This document shows positions 49,834 through 58,493 of a stretch of DNA of 64,000 nt, in pieces. Source of the stretch: Candidatus Thermosaccharophagus tengchongensis. GTDB taxonomy: Bacteria > Armatimonadota > Fervidibacteria > Fervidibacterales > Thermosaccharophagaceae. The notes beneath the pieces were generated by a model that did not search any database, had not been told where the DNA came from, and was given only the letters and a program-made list of their open reading frames with translations. Both the position numbers and the translations under genes were made by a program. The stretch is from NCBI GenBank assembly GCA_032161105.1, contig JAVHTD010000009.1, one strand, 5' to 3'. Position 1 is the stretch's first letter; each line of letters begins with the position of its first letter.

Positions 49834-51822
49834 TCAACGTTGCTCTTTGATGCGAATGAAGATCGGGTTGGTCATCGCCACTGGTATTGGATCACCCTCA
49901 CGGAAAACTTGAACCAAACTCCAACCGTTGTCAGCTGCAAGGTCCATCTCAACAGAGAACTCAGTTTTTCCTCCGACCGCAAAGCTGTGAATGACCTCGC
50001 CGTTTAAGACGATCTCAATCCTGTCAATGGGCGAAACACTTTGAGCCCAAACTTTGACTCTAATTGGTGTGCTGCTGACAGTGCCCCCAGGCAAGATGCC
50101 ATCGGCAGTGAATAGCACCAATGTGCCACGACTCAAGAAGCTGCACCCCTCTCTAAGAGCCTTAACAATGTTGGCAGCCGTCAACGGCTTATCACCCAAG
50201 TAGACATAAGTTCTGCGATGCCCCAATCGTGCGCTCTTTCGGTTATGGCTATCAGTCCCCGCTGCGGCGAAGGCTATCACGCCCCTGTTGAGCATCTCCC
50301 ACCAAAGCGAAATCGTCTTCTTGACCTCGTCACTACCACCATCGTTCCATACCTCAATCAGCGGCAACTTCTCAAGCTGGCGAGCCAACTCCGGTGTTTT
50401 GGGTGTGCCCGACCAGTGAGGATGATTGAGTTTGATCGTGATTGGGTGCTCGTCGCTGTCGGCTTTCAAGACAGCCTCAATGACCTGCTGCAAAGGGGTG
50501 GCTGGCGTTTCTAAAACAGTGCCGTTAATGATGTTGGCGTGGTAATTCGGCGTGGTGAACTCTTCACCCGGAATAACTGCGAACCTGCCCGGCTCCGAAA
50601 GAGGCAGCGCTTCCTGGTGAGCCATTAGAACATGCTTAATCGTCGGACCGGCACCGTGATCGGTTAAGACAAACCAATCAAGCCCCTCGCCGCGAGCAGC
50701 CTCAACCATTTGAGCGGGTGTATCGTTGCCATCGGAGTAAACTGTATGGGTGTGCGTGTCGCCACAATACCAGCCATCGGGTCGCCTCAAAATCCGCTGG
50801 ATGGAGATGCCAATGGATTTTGAATCGGTGGAGACGGAAATTGTCTGAGCCTCAAATTCAAAACCCCTTGAAGCGGTGATGCGGTAAGTTATCCCGGGAA
50901 GCAGGAACAATACCCCTGCACCATCTTTGTCAGTGAATGCAACATAAGGCTCGTTAGCCGTTTGGGGCGATGTGATGTCAAGCCTTGCAGCGGCGGGTTG
51001 ATTTTCACCCGCAATGGCGGTGGTGACTTGAACTGCTTGAGGCATGGGCATGAGGACATCGTCGGCAAAGAAGAGACGCAGCTCCTGCTCAATCCCGAGT
51101 GCGTAGATGCCTTTGACATTGCTTATTGTCAACTTCCACAGACCTCTCAAGTCTGGAGCTGTGACTTCAAGGAACTCAAGTGAGCCGCGGGATAACCCAC
51201 CCCACCGCTGCTCCGCATTCACGCCTTCAGGTGGCTGCAGCTGAACTTCAACAGTTTGCTCCTCGCGAGGACGAACAAAATTGAAGCGGACTCTCGCAAG
51301 CTCCGGGACCTGGACTGTGAACCTATGGACAGGCTCACCACCAAATTTTGGTTCAGCGAATCTCAAACCGCGAGCGAGCACAACCGGTTCAGGCTTGGCA
51401 AACAAATCAACATCGCCAATCGTCCGCACAAGGAAATGATTGCGGGCGTTTGGGCGACCTTTCGTGGGTTGTGGTCCGGTGATCATCAATCGCCAGATGC
51501 CCCAACGACCGTTGACGGCGACTTTGTATTCTGACCAAGCTTTGCTTTGCGGATTGGACAGTTTCATTGCCTCAGAGCGGTCAGGTGCAAAGAGGACAAA
51601 GGATGATGGCTGTCCTACCTCTTCATCATCGGCTTGGTCAAAAATCTCCACCGTGAATTCGCTTGTAGTCGGTGGGACATAAATGAACAGCTGCATCGTC
51701 CGCGCTGAGCTGGTTGCATCAACATAAAGGCTGTCGGGCGACTGGCAAATCCTTTGCGCCCATCCAAGCGAGATAATCAATACAACCGACCATAAGGTGC
51801 ACAGCGACCGCATGAACCGCAT
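49834..51822 (-). CDS. Secreted PHP-domain metallohydrolase (CehA/McbA-like)
   Basis: GDTHTHTVYSDG, TDH, GEE, NHP, GTDSH, C-terminal TNPIF; signal peptide. Confidence 0.8.
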   Translation of the reverse strand: MRFMRSLCTLWSVVLIISLGWAQRICQSPDSLYVDATSSARTMQLFIYVPPTTSEFTVEIFDQADDEEVGQPSSFVLFAPDRSEAMKLSNPQSKAWSEYKVAVNGRWGIWRLMITGPQPTKGRPNARNHFLVRTIGDVDLFAKPEPVVLARGLRFAEPKFGGEPVHRFTVQVPELARVRFNFVRPREEQTVEVQLQPPEGVNAEQRWGGLSRGSLEFLEVTAPDLRGLWKLTISNVKGIYALGIEQELRLFFADDVLMPMPQAVQVTTAIAGENQPAAARLDITSPQTANEPYVAFTDKDGAGVLFLLPGITYRITASRGFEFEAQTISVSTDSKSIGISIQRILRRPDGWYCGDTHTHTVYSDGNDTPAQMVEAARGEGLDWFVLTDHGAGPTIKHVLMAHQEALPLSEPGRFAVIPGEEFTTPNYHANIINGTVLETPATPLQQVIEAVLKADSDEHPITIKLNHPHWSGTPKTPELARQLEKLPLIEVWNDGGSDEVKKTISLWWEMLNRGVIAFAAAGTDSHNRKSARLGHRRTYVYLGDKPLTAANIVKALREGCSFLSRGTLVLFTADGILPGGTVSSTPIRVKVWAQSVSPIDRIEIVLNGEVIHSFAVGGKTEFSVEMDLAADNGWSLVQVFREGDPIPVAMTNPIFIRIKEQR

Positions 51823-52183
51823 GTCACTCTCACCCCCTCACAAAACCCACCGCAATTTGGCTTTGTTGCAAAGCCCTCAATGTGACAGCGGTGAAATGCA
51901 AGCTGCCTGAACGAACGAAGTTGAGCGACCTCACACATGCATCATTATACATGCTCTCATGCGCTCCTTTTAAAGCGGACACATGCGACAATTCGTCATA
52001 CTGATTATATGGCTTGCTTGCATCCGACTGCTCACCTTAGCTCAGCCCAAAATCCACAACCGGCTTTGGCGCTTGAATTGACGGTCTTTATATCGCATCC
52101 ATAGATGCGATTTGTGCCTGACATTAAAGTGCGTTAAGAAACTTTTGGCGGGCTGGATTTGCCGCGTGGGGGTGAGACTCAGT

Positions 52184-53983
52184 TTGGCAGTCACCGTGAG
52201 GACAATACTGGCAACCGATTGTGGAAGCACAACTACGAAGGCGATCCTGATAGAGCACAGCGGTGGAAGATACAGATTGATTGCCCGCGGTGAGGCACCA
52301 ACGACAGTTGAAGCACCGTTTGACGATGTCACCATTGGCGTCCTTAATGCTGTGAGGGAACTTGAGGAGCTCACTGGCAGACAGTTCCTACTTGATGGCA
52401 GGGTGCACACGCGTCAAGCCGGCTCCAACTCCGATGACGACATCGGATGCGACATTTATGTTTCCACATCAAGTGCCGGTGGCGGACTGCAAATGATGGT
52501 CACCGGCGTAGTTAAGACCATGACCGCTGAGAGCGCACAGCGTGCAGCTCTCGGTGCTGGTGCAATCGTCATGGATGTGATCGCAATTGATGACGGTAGG
52601 GCTGAGCATGAACGGATACAGCGTATGCGCTCATTGCGCCCCGACATGATACTCCTCTCCGGAGGCACTGACGGTGGGACGGTAACACATGTCATTGAGC
52701 TCGCCGAGCTCATACTTGCAGCAAACCCGCGCCCAAGGCTTGGGAGTGGAATGAAGCTCCCAATCATTTACGCCGGGAATAGAGATGCGAGGGAGAAAAT
52801 ACGCCAGCTGCTTGAGGGCAAATTTGACCTTCGCATAGTTGACAACATACGCCCGACACTTGAAGTTGAGAACCTTCAACCGGCAAGGGAGGCAATTCAT
52901 GACCTCTTCCTTGAGCATGTCATGCAGCAAGCTCCCGGATACTCAAAACTTGCAAGTTGGGTATCCGCCGAAATAATGCCGACACCTATGGCAGTTGGGA
53001 AGCTGGTTGAGCTCGTGGCAAATGAGGGGCGAATAAATGTCCTCGCAGTTGACATAGGCGGTGCGACGACCGATGTGTTTTCAGTGTTTGATGGCAGGTT
53101 CACAAGGACTGTTTCGGCTAACCTCGGATTGAGCTACAGCATATGCAATGTGATGGTGAGCGCCGGAATTGAGAACATATCCAGATGGCTCCCGATGCGC
53201 ATGGACGAGGGTGAGATGAGGAACAGGCTTCGCAACAAGATGATTCGTCCAACGACCATACCGCAGACGATGGATAGCTTGTTGCTTGAGCAAGCTGTGG
53301 CAAGGGAAGCCTTAAGGCTCGCGCTTGAGCACCATAAGCAACTCGCCGTCAGGCTGAAGGGTGTGCATGTCCAAAGGACCATCGGTGAGGTGCTTGGAGC
53401 GATTGAGCAAGAAACGCTTGTGGACTTGATGGCGGTAAACCTGATCATCGGGAGCGGCGGCGTCCTCTCACATGCACCGAAGAGAAACCAAGCTATGATG
53501 ATGCTCACCGATGCATTCCAACCGGAGGGTGTCACCGAACTCGCCGTTGATAGCATTTTCATGATGCCACATCTCGGCGTCCTGTCGCAAGTCCATCCAG
53601 AAGCAGCACTGCAGGTCTTCTGGAATGACTGCCTCATACCTCTTGGGACTGTCATTGCTCCAAGGGGGTCTGGCAAGCTCGGCGAACCGGTTGGGAGGTT
53701 GAGCGTAAGCGGTGGCGAGTTTAACATCTTTGGCGAGGAGATGAGGCTCGGTGAAATCAAACTGCTGCCTGTTGCGCCAAACCGAACGATACGAATCAGG
53801 TTTGAGCCAACGAGACAATTTGATGTCGGCGCCGGCTATGGGAAAGCATGGGAGGGTGAGGTTAAAGGTGGCGCCGTTGGCGTTCTCATAGATGCGCGTG
53901 GCAGACCGATTCAATTCAGCGCCGATGAAAACGAGCGCATGCTGCAGGTGCAAAACTGGCTTACTGCGGCTGATTGCATTTGA
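52184..53983 (+). CDS. glmL: Glutamate mutase L / MutL-like reactivating factor (ASKHA fold)
   Basis: DCGSTTTKA, SSAGGGL, GGTDGG, PTP.AV, DIGGATTDV.S. Confidence 0.8.
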   Translation: MAVTVRTILATDCGSTTTKAILIEHSGGRYRLIARGEAPTTVEAPFDDVTIGVLNAVRELEELTGRQFLLDGRVHTRQAGSNSDDDIGCDIYVSTSSAGGGLQMMVTGVVKTMTAESAQRAALGAGAIVMDVIAIDDGRAEHERIQRMRSLRPDMILLSGGTDGGTVTHVIELAELILAANPRPRLGSGMKLPIIYAGNRDAREKIRQLLEGKFDLRIVDNIRPTLEVENLQPAREAIHDLFLEHVMQQAPGYSKLASWVSAEIMPTPMAVGKLVELVANEGRINVLAVDIGGATTDVFSVFDGRFTRTVSANLGLSYSICNVMVSAGIENISRWLPMRMDEGEMRNRLRNKMIRPTTIPQTMDSLLLEQAVAREALRLALEHHKQLAVRLKGVHVQRTIGEVLGAIEQETLVDLMAVNLIIGSGGVLSHAPKRNQAMMMLTDAFQPEGVTELAVDSIFMMPHLGVLSQVHPEAALQVFWNDCLIPLGTVIAPRGSGKLGEPVGRLSVSGGEFNIFGEEMRLGEIKLLPVAPNRTIRIRFEPTRQFDVGAGYGKAWEGEVKGGAVGVLIDARGRPIQFSADENERMLQVQNWLTAADCI

Positions 53984-53991
53984 TGGCATAG

Positions 53992-54756
53992 GTGGCAGCA
54001 ATGCTTGAGCGGTTGCAAAAGGTTCTTGCAAGAGTTGGAGTGGCTTCAAGGCGCAAGGCGGAGGAGCTGATAAAGCAGGGCAGGGTGAAGGTTGACGGGG
54101 TCACAGTGACACAACTCGGATTTAAGGTTGATGCGGAGCGCTCCGTCATAGAGGTTGACGGAAAGCGCATTGATGCGCGGTTGAAAGCGGTTTACATTGC
54201 CCTTCATAAGCCGAGGGGATATGTCACGACGGCTTCGGATCCGCATGTGCCGTTTGAAAAGACGGTCATGAGTTTGCTCCCGCCACAGTATCGCAACCTG
54301 CACTACATCGGCAGGCTTGATAAGGACAGTGAGGGGCTACTGCTGATGACAAACGATGGCGAGCTAACGCACCTTGTAACGCATCCGAGGCATGGAATTG
54401 AGAAGCGTTATATCGTGACCGTTGAGGGCATCGTCAGGCAAAGCCATTTAAAGCGGCTTAGAGAGGGCATCATCCTTGACGATGGCAAAAGGCACACGGC
54501 AAAGGCTCGCATCATCTCGCTTGGTAGGCGCACGACGACACTTGCAGTGAGCATTCGTGAGGGGCGCAAGCGCCAAATACGGGTCATGATGAATAAGCTC
54601 GGGTTCAAGGTCACGAGGTTGGTGAGAGTAGCCGTTGGACCGATAAAGCTTGGTGGGTTGAGCCCGGGCGAGTTCAGGCACTTGACCGATGAGGAAGTGA
54701 CAGCGCTATACGAAGCAGCCAAGAGGGGAATGAACGAGGGCGCAATCGGGGATTGA
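53992..54756 (+). CDS. rRNA pseudouridine synthase (RsuA/RluB family)
   Basis: RLQKVLA..GVASRR S4 domain, GRLDKDSEGL, EGRKRQIR. Confidence 0.93.
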   Translation: MAAMLERLQKVLARVGVASRRKAEELIKQGRVKVDGVTVTQLGFKVDAERSVIEVDGKRIDARLKAVYIALHKPRGYVTTASDPHVPFEKTVMSLLPPQYRNLHYIGRLDKDSEGLLLMTNDGELTHLVTHPRHGIEKRYIVTVEGIVRQSHLKRLREGIILDDGKRHTAKARIISLGRRTTTLAVSIREGRKRQIRVMMNKLGFKVTRLVRVAVGPIKLGGLSPGEFRHLTDEEVTALYEAAKRGMNEGAIGD

Positions 54757-54851
54757 AGATGGCGTCAAGATTGCATGGGCATGCCGAATGTCCGAAGTGA
54801 GGGTTGGAAAAGCCAGACCTTATTTCGGATACGCGCAATGGCGAGGTGCGC

Positions 54852-55883
54852 ATGAAGGTGAAAGGGTCTCTCCAGTTTGACTTTTCGGCGGGCAAGCTGC
54901 ACGCACAGCTTCTTGAAGCGCTGATTGGCAAGCTGCCGCTTGATGACGAGCGCGTTGTTGTCGGTCCGAGGATTGGTGAGGATGCAGCAGTGATTGATAT
55001 GGGCGATAGGTATCTTGTGGCAAAGACGGACCCGATCACATTCACCGCAGAGGAAATCGGTTGGTATGCCGTGAATGTGAACGCCAACGACATAGCTGTC
55101 ATGGGGGCAACTCCAAAGTGGTTTATGGCTACCGTGCTCCTGCCGGAGGGCAAATCCGATGAAGCGCTCGCCGAAAGCATATTCACGCAAATCGCAAATG
55201 CGTGCCGTGAGCTCAACATAACCGTCATCGGCGGTCACACCGAAGTCACATACGGTTTGGATAGACCGATACTCGTTGGGGCGATGTTGGGCGAGTGCGA
55301 TAGGGATAAGCTCGTGGTGAGTTCAAATGCGCAAATCGGTGATGCCATTATACTCACCAAAGGCATACCGATTGAGGGCACATCAATCATAGCTCGTGAG
55401 AAGGGTGATGAGCTTTTTAGGCGCGGCTACGAGGCTTCGTTTATTGAGCGGGCAAAGCGAATGCTTTATGAGCCGGGGATAAGCGTTGTAAAGGATGCGC
55501 TCATTGCAACCTCCTCTGGGAGAGTGCACGCCATGCACGACCCAACCGAGGGAGGATTGGCAATGGGGCTGTATGAGCTTTCATGGGCGTCTGGGGTGAG
55601 CATTGAGGTTGATGGGGAAGCCATCAAGATTGTTGAGGAGGGTGCAAGGCTGTGTGCTGAATTTGGTTTGAACCCGCTTGGGACAATCGCATCAGGCGCG
55701 TTGCTCATTGTTGCCCATCCGGATGATGCCGATGGCATCGTCAAAGCGTTAAATGCCTCAGGGATAAGCGCAGCCGTTATTGGGCGCGTGACATCGGTTG
55801 GGAATGAAGTCACTTTGAGGCATGGAAATGAACGCCTCACCATGCCACTGTTTGTGAAGGACGAAATAGCAAAGCTGTTTTAG
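54852..55883 (+). CDS. AIR-synthase (PurM/HypE/ThiL superfamily) related protein
   Basis: GKL, GEDAA, TDPIT, NDIA, GGHTE, MHDPTEGG. Confidence 0.85.
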   Translation: MKVKGSLQFDFSAGKLHAQLLEALIGKLPLDDERVVVGPRIGEDAAVIDMGDRYLVAKTDPITFTAEEIGWYAVNVNANDIAVMGATPKWFMATVLLPEGKSDEALAESIFTQIANACRELNITVIGGHTEVTYGLDRPILVGAMLGECDRDKLVVSSNAQIGDAIILTKGIPIEGTSIIAREKGDELFRRGYEASFIERAKRMLYEPGISVVKDALIATSSGRVHAMHDPTEGGLAMGLYELSWASGVSIEVDGEAIKIVEEGARLCAEFGLNPLGTIASGALLIVAHPDDADGIVKALNASGISAAVIGRVTSVGNEVTLRHGNERLTMPLFVKDEIAKLF

Positions 55884-56003
55884 CCGATTGTGGGATTGGC
55901 GCCATGTCGGCGAGGCGCCCTCACCGAAGCGGAGTCTTAAAAGAAAAAGGGGCATCCAATGAATGACTGATGCCGCCGATACTACAAACTGCGATAAGCA
56001 AGG

Positions 56004-56459
56004 GTGAGCACCATGTGGTCTCAAGACGATGGGCATTCAGCAATTCAGCACAAGGTCATTGACCGATATAGCGATGGAGATTTAGAGGTTGCCCTTGTAG
56101 AGCGCCAAATGGTAGGTGGGGCAGTTGACTACATCCTTCATGTAGAGCCAAAGACCTTCACGACTTCAGGCATTCAATGGACGCACTTCCTTGAGTGGTT
56201 AGGATTTCGTTACTTCAATAATTGCCCCCATGTTTTAAGTCATTGCTGCCTTTGGAGGAAATGGGACAGCAATACAACCGATGCAGAGAAAATCGCCCGA
56301 ACTTTGAAGGAAGCATACCAGCGAGTGAAAGAAGGGGATAAATTGCTTTCGGAAACGCCCTTGAAACTTCCAGAAAGCAATTTGGGGTGGCTTTACTTTC
56401 TCGCCCCTGAGGACATGAAACGACACGAACCTTTGATGCGATGGTTGGCGGAGTTGTGA
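56004..56459 (+). CDS. Hypothetical His/Cys-motif protein with antitoxin-like C-terminal tail
   Basis: Paralogue of 56865..57260; ends MKRHEPLMRWLAEL 4 nt before doc. Confidence 0.7.
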   Translation: MSTMWSQDDGHSAIQHKVIDRYSDGDLEVALVERQMVGGAVDYILHVEPKTFTTSGIQWTHFLEWLGFRYFNNCPHVLSHCCLWRKWDSNTTDAEKIARTLKEAYQRVKEGDKLLSETPLKLPESNLGWLYFLAPEDMKRHEPLMRWLAEL

Positions 56460-56463
56460 GGGA

Positions 56464-56862
56464 GTGTCCATCAAATACCTTACGGCTGAGGAGATAGAGA
56501 GCCTTCACGAGCAAATCATGCTTCGTTTTGGAGGCGTTATAGGCGTGCTCAACCGAACCCTGTTGGAATCTGCAGCGGGGAGACCAAAAATGGCTATTGG
56601 AGAGCAGGAACTTTATCCGACACTCGAAGAAAAAGCGGCGGCTTTAATGCACTCGCTCATTGCAAACCATCCTTTTGTAGATGGCAACAAACGGACAGCG
56701 TTTCTCGCCACTCAGGAATTCTTGCGGCTAAATAACCATCAAATTGTTGCAACAAACGAAGAATTGTTGGAGTTTACCTTAGCCATTGCTGAGGGGCGGC
56801 TTGAGTTTCACGAAATCGTTGATTGGCTGTGCTCTCATATTCAACCGACAAGGAGGAGATGA
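56464..56862 (+). CDS. doc: Death-on-curing (Fic/Doc) family toxin
   Basis: HPFVDGNKRTA motif, 'LLESA..RP', 'KAAAL..SL'; 132 aa. Confidence 0.92.
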   Translation: MSIKYLTAEEIESLHEQIMLRFGGVIGVLNRTLLESAAGRPKMAIGEQELYPTLEEKAAALMHSLIANHPFVDGNKRTAFLATQEFLRLNNHQIVATNEELLEFTLAIAEGRLEFHEIVDWLCSHIQPTRRR

Positions 56863-56864
56863 GA

Positions 56865-57260
56865 ATGTGGGATGGTCACACGGCAATAGAGCACAAAATA
56901 GCAAAAGACCCTATAAGCCATGGAGGTTTCACTTTCTGCCTCACCTTCGCAACACTGGCAGATGGACGCAAGTCTTTCGTTATCCATATCGCTTCCAATG
57001 AATCGTTGTCACCCGATGCGAAAAGATGGATGGAAAAGATGGGAATGGTTGAACACTCAAGTTGCCCTTATCTGGGACAGCGACCTTGCTTTTGGAAAGG
57101 GATAGAAGTTTCGGGTCTGACAGATGACCCATATGCCTATCGCCAACAAGTGCACGCTATCCATCACGCCTTTGATCAACTTTGCCAAAGGTTCCCTGAA
57201 GCGCTTGGGAAACTTCAAGAGGCTTCCCAGATTTTGGCTGAAATCGGTTTAGGGTTGTGA
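56865..57260 (+). CDS. Hypothetical His/Cys-motif protein (paralogue of 56004..56459)
   Basis: AGGAGGAG RBS at 56851-58, ATG 56865 (alternative ATG 56859 overlaps the doc stop). Confidence 0.7.
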   Translation: MWDGHTAIEHKIAKDPISHGGFTFCLTFATLADGRKSFVIHIASNESLSPDAKRWMEKMGMVEHSSCPYLGQRPCFWKGIEVSGLTDDPYAYRQQVHAIHHAFDQLCQRFPEALGKLQEASQILAEIGLGL

Positions 57261-57269
57261 GCGGAAAGG

Positions 57270-57514
57270 GTGAGATGCATAGACATCCTCAAGTTCATCG
57301 GACAGCGATTGCCCGAGGCGCGGGAATTTTGGGTTTGAAGCAGGAGGAAGCAACAAGGCGATTGGGCATAACGCGTGGATATCTTTCGCAACTTGGGACT
57401 GGCAAGCGACGCATCCCGATGAGGCTATTGGCGAAATGCGCTGAACTTTACGCTTCAGGATGCGCGTTTGAGCGATTGGGAAAAGGTGAAGTCATGTGTA
57501 TGAGCATCCAATAG
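57270..57514 (+). pseudogene. Frameshifted XRE-family HTH regulator
   Basis: One frame reads ...FIGQRLPEAREF and another LGLKQEEATRRLGITRGYLSQLGTGKRRIP; adding one T to TTTT at 57327-30 joins them. Confidence 0.65.
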
Positions 57515-58431
57515 ACCCGCTCGGGTTGTGTTCACCTTCAGCAGTCCTTAGCTTGATGCGAGAGCACCGCATCCGACCAAGCAAGCATCTTGGACAACAC
57601 TTCATCATAGACCGAAATGCCCTCAGGCGAATTGTTAACGCAGCTCAACTTCAAGAGGATGACCATGTGCTTGAGATCGGGACTGGCTTCGGGACGCTAA
57701 CAGCGGCGCTCGCAGTCAGATGCAAAACCGTAGTCACGGTTGAGAGGGACAAAAAGTTGGCGCGCATAGCTGAGGAGCTGCTATCGCCATTTGGGAATGT
57801 GCGTGTGATCGCCAACGACTTCGTGAAGCTTGGTTTGCCCGAAGCTTTGGAACAAGGCAATGGTGGGCACGCTGGTTTTTGGAAGGTCATCGGGAACTTG
57901 CCATACTATGCCACAAAGCCCATCCTGATGAAGATACTCTCACACCGCTCACTCTTTGGGCTATGCGTGCTCACGGTCCAGCGTGAGGTGGCGGAGAGAA
58001 TTGCATCAAGTCATGGCACGAGGGCATACGGCATTTTGAGCATAGCCGCACAGCTGTTTTCGGATGTTGAGCTGCTCTTTGACATCTCTCCAAACTGCTT
58101 CCTGCCGCCTCCGAAGGTGACTTCAAAGGTTGTGAGGCTTCACATCCTGAAGGAGCCAAGATACGAACTTCCCAATGAGGCTCTCTTCTTTGATGTTGTT
58201 AGGGCTGCCTTCTCCGAGCGCCGAAAGCGCATAATTAACTCGCTGAGCAGCCATGCGCATAAGCTTGGATTGACCAGGGAGCAAATTGAAAGCGCCCTTA
58301 GAAGCGCCGGAATTGATCCGAGTGAGCGTGCAGAACATGTCAGCATAGCCAGCTTCGTGAATTTGGCATGGGCGATTCAGAGGACGGGCAAATCACAAGC
58401 GGCAAACAAGACAAAACGATTTGAAGGATGA
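57496..58431 (+). CDS. rsmA: 16S rRNA adenine dimethyltransferase
   Basis: KHLGQHF, LEIGTG.G.LT, GNLPYY, QREVAERI, PPPKVTS, RAE. Confidence 0.96.
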   Translation: MYEHPIDPLGLCSPSAVLSLMREHRIRPSKHLGQHFIIDRNALRRIVNAAQLQEDDHVLEIGTGFGTLTAALAVRCKTVVTVERDKKLARIAEELLSPFGNVRVIANDFVKLGLPEALEQGNGGHAGFWKVIGNLPYYATKPILMKILSHRSLFGLCVLTVQREVAERIASSHGTRAYGILSIAAQLFSDVELLFDISPNCFLPPPKVTSKVVRLHILKEPRYELPNEALFFDVVRAAFSERRKRIINSLSSHAHKLGLTREQIESALRSAGIDPSERAEHVSIASFVNLAWAIQRTGKSQAANKTKRFEG

Positions 58432-58493
58432 GCCCTTGGTGAGTGGGTATCCGAAAAGTTTTAGCATGTCAGTGACGCCACAATGTATGCCGC

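Noticed and set aside
52184..53983. DNA mismatch repair MutL
   Set aside because: It has ASKHA motifs, not the GHKL ATPase; only the name is shared.
54852..55883. hypE or selD call
   Set aside because: It lacks the HypE C-terminal PRIC and the SelD N-terminal Cys/Sec motif; no hydrogenase genes are nearby.
55884..57495. Direct repeats or att sites bounding the Doc island
   Set aside because: Only weak matches (GCCGATTGTGGG vs GCGATTGGG) and no integrase or transposase, so it was not called a mobile element.
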